Notes under the pieces: model-generated | What the model saw: only the letters and a program-made list of their open reading frames with translations | Database searches by the model: none | Told to the model about the DNA's origin: nothing | Program-made: the position numbers and the translations under genes | Shown here: in pieces, positions 59,583 to 64,000 of the stretch | How the letters are laid out: every line of letters starts with the position of its first letter | Position numbering within the stretch: position 1 is the first letter of the stretch | Assembly (NCBI GenBank): GCA_017472015.1 | Contig: JAFURC010000046.1 | Span: 23,315-87,314 of the forward strand | Length of the DNA: 64,000 nucleotides | Direction of reading: 5' to 3' | Source of the DNA: Bacilli bacterium | Lineage (GTDB): Bacteria; Bacillota_I; Bacilli_A; RF39; UBA660

Positions 59583-60329
59583 CTACTCTTCACCATTTAA
59601 TTTTTTAGTATACGCTTCTAGGACTTTTTCGGTTCCTCCATCCATTTGAATCTTTCCATCTAAAAGCCAAATGGCTCTATCACATAACATTTTTACAGCT
59701 TCAGCTGAATGAGAAACAAACACCATTGTTTTCCCTTTTTTCTTTAATTCTAACATTTTATCAATACATTTTTCTTGAAATTTTTGATCTCCAACTGCCA
59801 ATATTTCATCAATTAATAAGATATCAGCATCAACATTTATAGCAACTGAAAATGCAAGTCGCATATACATTCCTGATGAATATGTCCGAATTGGCGTATC
59901 AATAAATTCTTCAAGTTCTGAAAATTTAATTATATCATCTAATCTTTCATCAATTTCACTTTTAGATAAACCAAATATTGATGCATTAAAGTAAATGTTT
60001 TCACGACCCGAAAAGTCTGGATGAAACCCAGCTCCAAGTTCAAGTAAAGAACTAACTTTTCCGCAAGTTGTAATTTTCCCTTTCGATGGATAAATTATCT
60101 TTGTAATTAGTTTTAAAAGGGTTGATTTACCGCTACCATTTATACCTATTAAAGCAACTGTTTCACCTTTATTTATTTTAAAATCAATATTTTTTAAAAC
60201 CGTTCTAACTTCTTTTTTCCCATTTACAAGTCTAATTATTCTTTCTTTTAAAGTATTAGCTTTGTCAGCATAGATATGAAAATCTTTTGATACATTCATA
60301 ACTTTAATTGCTACATTATCACTTCTCAT
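59583..60329 (-). CDS. ABC exporter ATP-binding protein (Wzt/TagH/RgpD-like)
   Basis: Walker A GINGSGKST, signature YSSGMYMRL, Walker B ILLIDE. Confidence 0.9.
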   Translation of the reverse strand: MRSDNVAIKVMNVSKDFHIYADKANTLKERIIRLVNGKKEVRTVLKNIDFKINKGETVALIGINGSGKSTLLKLITKIIYPSKGKITTCGKVSSLLELGAGFHPDFSGRENIYFNASIFGLSKSEIDERLDDIIKFSELEEFIDTPIRTYSSGMYMRLAFSVAINVDADILLIDEILAVGDQKFQEKCIDKMLELKKKGKTMVFVSHSAEAVKMLCDRAIWLLDGKIQMDGGTEKVLEAYTKKLNGEE

Positions 60330-61534
60330 TTTCCACTCCTTAATTTATTTTTAAATTTATAAATTATTTCTTTAGATTTTCTAATTGGTTTAGTTATTTT
60401 CCAACTAGTTGATCCTAAAACATTATTATATTTATTTTTATATTCTATATATGGTACTAAGAAATCTATTTCTTTTTTTAAGTTATCATTTTCTAAGTTT
60501 AATTCCTGAATTTTGGAATATAGATTATTTATTTCCCGAATAAATAGAATAGATCGTCTATTCAATATTTTATCATATTTCAAGAGTTCTTGCTCATTTA
60601 TTTTATTAGTTTCTATTATTTTTAAAATTTCTTGCATGTTATTTGAAAAATTAAAGTTAGTTCTTGCATATTCTTTTAAATATTTTAAATCTTTTAAAGA
60701 ATTAATATAGTTCTCTTTTAAATCATTTAATATTTCTTGTGCTGTAAGTTTTTTACCAAATCCTCGTCCTGAAAAATTATAATTGAAGGCTTTTTCAATG
60801 TTTTCTTTAGTAATATAACCATATCCTCCAAATAGATCATATACATAACTTGGTTTACCCATAGCAAGTGATGAGTAAATTGTTTTCCCAATGGAAATTA
60901 TAATATCATATGATGCAAGAATATTCATATCTATTAATTTTTCGACAAATTGAAGACCAAATATATCAACTTCTATTCCTTCTTTTTTTCCTAATCCTTT
61001 TAATTCTTGAAGTTCTAAAGGTACATGATTAGATACAATGCAAATTCTTTTAATCTCTGAAGATGGTTTTTCTTGATAATCAAAATATTCCTTGGTGGCA
61101 TAATTTGGAAAAAGAAAAATATTTTCTTCATCTACACCTTCTTCAATTAATTTATTTTTTACTTCATTAGTGATTGCCCCAATTAAACTTAAAGAATTGT
61201 GATAAATTGGAATACTTTCGTAAGGATCAAATGCTGATAAAGAAATATAAAAGATATAATTACTTTTAATTTTTAAAGCAAATAGAATATAATCAAGTAA
61301 AGGATAATGATGAGCCCAAATTAAATCATAAGATTTACTTAGTAAATTAATTTCATTTGGAGTTATCACTTTTATATCTTTATTAATTAAATTAATTAAA
61401 GGGTTTCCTTTTTTTAATGTAAAAATATCAACTAAATATCCTTTTTCTAAAAAATATTTAGCAATTTCTAAAGTATCTAATTCTGATCCTGAATAATTTA
61501 CCATATTGAAGTTTGTTAATAATATTTTTTTCAT
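60326..61534 (-). CDS. Hypothetical glycosyltransferase-like protein with a C-terminal coiled coil
   Basis: Rossmann-like N-terminus KILLTNFNMVNYSGSELDTLEIAKYF. ATG 61534 is preceded by the SD gagga; the track start 61603 adds 23 aa. Family not assigned. Confidence 0.5.
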   Translation of the reverse strand: MKKILLTNFNMVNYSGSELDTLEIAKYFLEKGYLVDIFTLKKGNPLINLINKDIKVITPNEINLLSKSYDLIWAHHYPLLDYILFALKIKSNYIFYISLSAFDPYESIPIYHNSLSLIGAITNEVKNKLIEEGVDEENIFLFPNYATKEYFDYQEKPSSEIKRICIVSNHVPLELQELKGLGKKEGIEVDIFGLQFVEKLIDMNILASYDIIISIGKTIYSSLAMGKPSYVYDLFGGYGYITKENIEKAFNYNFSGRGFGKKLTAQEILNDLKENYINSLKDLKYLKEYARTNFNFSNNMQEILKIIETNKINEQELLKYDKILNRRSILFIREINNLYSKIQELNLENDNLKKEIDFLVPYIEYKNKYNNVLGSTSWKITKPIRKSKEIIYKFKNKLRSGK

Positions 61535-61830
61535 AAATTCCTCATAGTCTACTACTTTAATTATTATTTTCAAATTTAAATTTTTAATTAAAAATTTGTA
61601 CAACTACTTCTAATTTTTAAAAATACTACAAACTACTTTTAGTAATGGTTTATATTTTCTTATAGACCATGTCAATTATACCATTTTGTTTAGATAATAG
61701 TCAATTGATTGCAAGCGTTAAAAATAAATTATTAATTTAAATAGTAAATTGTTATTTACTCTCTAGTCGAACTTACTTTTAGAATTAATGTATTAAAAAA
61801 TCTACACTGATAAATGCAGATTTATTTTAA

Positions 61831-62838
61831 TTATTTGTCTTGATAGGCGTTTTTATAATTACCAGATTTTATATCTTCAATCCAAGTTTCATTATTTAAA
61901 TACCAATCAACAGTTTCTTTAATTCCATCAGAGAAATTATAAGTTCTTTCCCAACCAAGTTCTTTTTCTACTTTACTTGAATCAATTGCGTAACGAAGAT
62001 CGTGTCCTGGTCTATCAGTTACATAAGTTATTAAACTTTCGGGTTTATTCATTTGTTTTAAAATTGTTTTTACAACTTCTAAATTGGTTCTTTCAGAGTG
62101 TCCTCCTAAATTGTAAACTTCTCCAACACGTCCATTACGAACTATTAAATCAACTCCTATATTGTGATCAATTACATGAATCCAATCACGAACATTCTCT
62201 CCTTTCCCATAAACAGGAATTGGTTCATCATGAAGAGCTTTACTAATTACAACTGGAATTAGTTTTTCAGGAAATTGATATGGTCCGTAGTTGTTAGAAC
62301 ATCTTGAAATGGTAACTGGTAATCCATAAGTTCTATGATATGCAAGAACCAAGAGGTCAGCTCCTGCTTTACTAGATGAATAAGGACTGGATGTATGAAT
62401 CGGAGTATCTTCTCTAAATAACAAATCGGGTCTATCAAGTGGTAAGTCACCATATACTTCATCAGTTGATACTTGATGATATCTTTTAACATTATATTTT
62501 CTTGATGCATCCATTAAAACTTGAGTTCCTAAAATGTTAGTTGTTAAGAATATTCCCGGATTTTTAATTGAATTATCAACGTGACTTTCGGCTGCAAAGT
62601 TAATTACAATATCAAAATTTTCTTCCTCGAATAACTTATCAATGAATTCTCGATTAGTTATATCTCCATGAACAAATTTAAAATTTTGCTTTCCTTCTAA
62701 ATCTTTAATGTTATTGTAGTTTCCGGCATACGTTAATGCATCCAAGCAAACAAAATAATCATCAGGATATTTCTCTACAACATAATGTAAATAGTTACTT
62801 CCAATAAATCCTGCTCCTCCAGTTATTAAAAAACGCAT
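61831..62838 (-). CDS. rfbB: dTDP-glucose 4,6-dehydratase
   Basis: GGAGFIGSN, catalytic YSSSK, 335 aa. Confidence 0.93.
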   Translation of the reverse strand: MRFLITGGAGFIGSNYLHYVVEKYPDDYFVCLDALTYAGNYNNIKDLEGKQNFKFVHGDITNREFIDKLFEEENFDIVINFAAESHVDNSIKNPGIFLTTNILGTQVLMDASRKYNVKRYHQVSTDEVYGDLPLDRPDLLFREDTPIHTSSPYSSSKAGADLLVLAYHRTYGLPVTISRCSNNYGPYQFPEKLIPVVISKALHDEPIPVYGKGENVRDWIHVIDHNIGVDLIVRNGRVGEVYNLGGHSERTNLEVVKTILKQMNKPESLITYVTDRPGHDLRYAIDSSKVEKELGWERTYNFSDGIKETVDWYLNNETWIEDIKSGNYKNAYQDK

Positions 62839-62839
62839 T

Positions 62840-63712
62840 TTAACACTCTCCTTTTTCTTTTAATTCTTGAATATATCTTTTAGTCGCATCTTGCCAAGTT
62901 GGTAACATACTAAAACCACTATTAATTAATTTTTCTTTACAAAGTTTTGAATTTCTTGGTCTGTATGCTTGTTTTGTTTTGGTTAATTCTAAATATTCTT
63001 CGGTTGTTACATGATTAATTTTAATGTCTTTATTAGTTTCTTTAAATATAAATTCGGCAAATTCAGCCCAACTACAATATCCATCATTATTAACATGATA
63101 AATTCCATATTTATCTGTTTTTAGCATTTCTATTAATAAATTAGCTAAATCCACTGTATAAGTTGGACTTCCAATTTGATCCGAAACAACACTTAATTCT
63201 TTCTTAGTTTCAGAAAGTTTAATCATTGTTTTAATAAAATTATGTCCATTTATTCCAAATACCCAGGAGATTCTAATTATAAAACTTTTTTCATATTTTA
63301 AAACTTCTTTTTCACCTAAATACTTAGTTTCTCCATACACGCTTTTTGGATTTGGAGTATCAGTTTCTTTATATAAGCCATTTTTTTCTCCATCAAAAAC
63401 ATAATCAGTTGAAAAATAAAATAACTTGGCATTTATTTTTTTACATGCTTCTGTAATACTTTTAGTTCCTAAAACATTTACTTTATAAACTAATTCTTCA
63501 CATTCTTCTGCTTTATCTACTTGTGTATAAGCAGCACAATGAAAAACAATATCTGGCTTTTTTTCTGTAATAAATTTGATAGTTTTTTCACTATCTGTGA
63601 TATCTAAATCATCTTTATCAATGGCAATTATATCTTCATCACCATTTTTAAGAAGACATTTGGCTATTTCATAACCAAGTTGTCCTTTATAACCTGTAAT
63701 TAAAAATCTCAT
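62840..63712 (-). CDS. rfbD: dTDP-4-dehydrorhamnose reductase
   Basis: 290 aa. ITGYKGQLG, CAAYTQVDKAE and YGETKYLGE match the RmlD pattern. Confidence 0.9.
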   Translation of the reverse strand: MRFLITGYKGQLGYEIAKCLLKNGDEDIIAIDKDDLDITDSEKTIKFITEKKPDIVFHCAAYTQVDKAEECEELVYKVNVLGTKSITEACKKINAKLFYFSTDYVFDGEKNGLYKETDTPNPKSVYGETKYLGEKEVLKYEKSFIIRISWVFGINGHNFIKTMIKLSETKKELSVVSDQIGSPTYTVDLANLLIEMLKTDKYGIYHVNNDGYCSWAEFAEFIFKETNKDIKINHVTTEEYLELTKTKQAYRPRNSKLCKEKLINSGFSMLPTWQDATKRYIQELKEKGEC

Positions 63713-63720
63713 CTTATCTC

Positions 63721-64000
63721 CTAAAAATTAATATCTGTTTCATTTAGTTTTTTTCTATTTAAATCTTTTTCTGATAAAATAGGTGTATCTATTCCATATT
63801 CTTTAAATATTAAATCCCAATCAATACCTAGCTCTGGATCATTCCAAAGAATTCCTCCTTCAAGTTCAGGAGCATAATCATTGTCAATTAAATACTGAAA
63901 AATTGTGTCATCTTCTAAACTAACAAATCCATGAGCAAATCCACGAGGTACATATAGTTGACGATTATTATAAGGAGTTAATAAAACTTGAAACGATTTT
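63721..64000 (-). CDS. rfbC: dTDP-4-dehydrorhamnose 3,5-epimerase, C-terminal part (gene start beyond window end)
   Basis: The reverse complement reads ..NNRQLYVPRGFAHGFVSLEDDTIFQYLIDNDYAPELEGGILWNDPELGIDW..*, with TAG at 63723-63721. Confidence 0.88.
   Translation of the reverse strand, partial: KSFQVLLTPYNNRQLYVPRGFAHGFVSLEDDTIFQYLIDNDYAPELEGGILWNDPELGIDWDLIFKEYGIDTPILSEKDLNRKKLNETDINF

Overview
Very AT-rich (about 25% GC by eye) chromosomal segment from an endospore-forming Bacillota-like bacterium. It uses the standard genetic code: long conserved genes are uninterrupted, and TAA, TAG and TGA are all seen as stops. All family calls come from motif recall on the supplied translations and from hand reading of the DNA. 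No database search was run.

Layout:
- 1-28.2 kb: housekeeping genes, nearly all on the minus strand (lepA, ligA, pcrA, trmK, rpoD, dnaG, rnj, tdk, an M16 peptidase pair, rpoZ, hpt, mutS, lon). A mazEF cassette and a CotD-like coat gene sit among them.
- 28.2-45.9 kb: an accessory/defence island beside tRNA-Gly and tRNA-Cys, with no integrase. It holds a six-gene operon (Wadjet jetABCD plus two unrecognisable, translationally coupled genes), a DUF3800 gene followed by a GC-rich structured element, a MazF-like toxin with a frameshifted Panacea-type antitoxin, and a complete diversity-generating retroelement (RT, Avd, a 144-bp TR/VR pair and a 916-aa secreted target).
- 45.9-64 kb: folD, ybeY, the sporulation genes yqfC/yqfD, and a rhamnose-type cell-wall polysaccharide cluster (glycosyltransferases, ABC exporter, rfbB/D/C).

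Most worth follow-up:
- the DGR and its atypical mismatches
- the two extra genes fused to the Wadjet operon
- the DUF3800 gene with its adjacent structured element
- a type I toxin-antitoxin-like locus near lepA
- a 736-codon reading frame split by a single TAA
- two TA cassettes, each bracketed by short direct repeats
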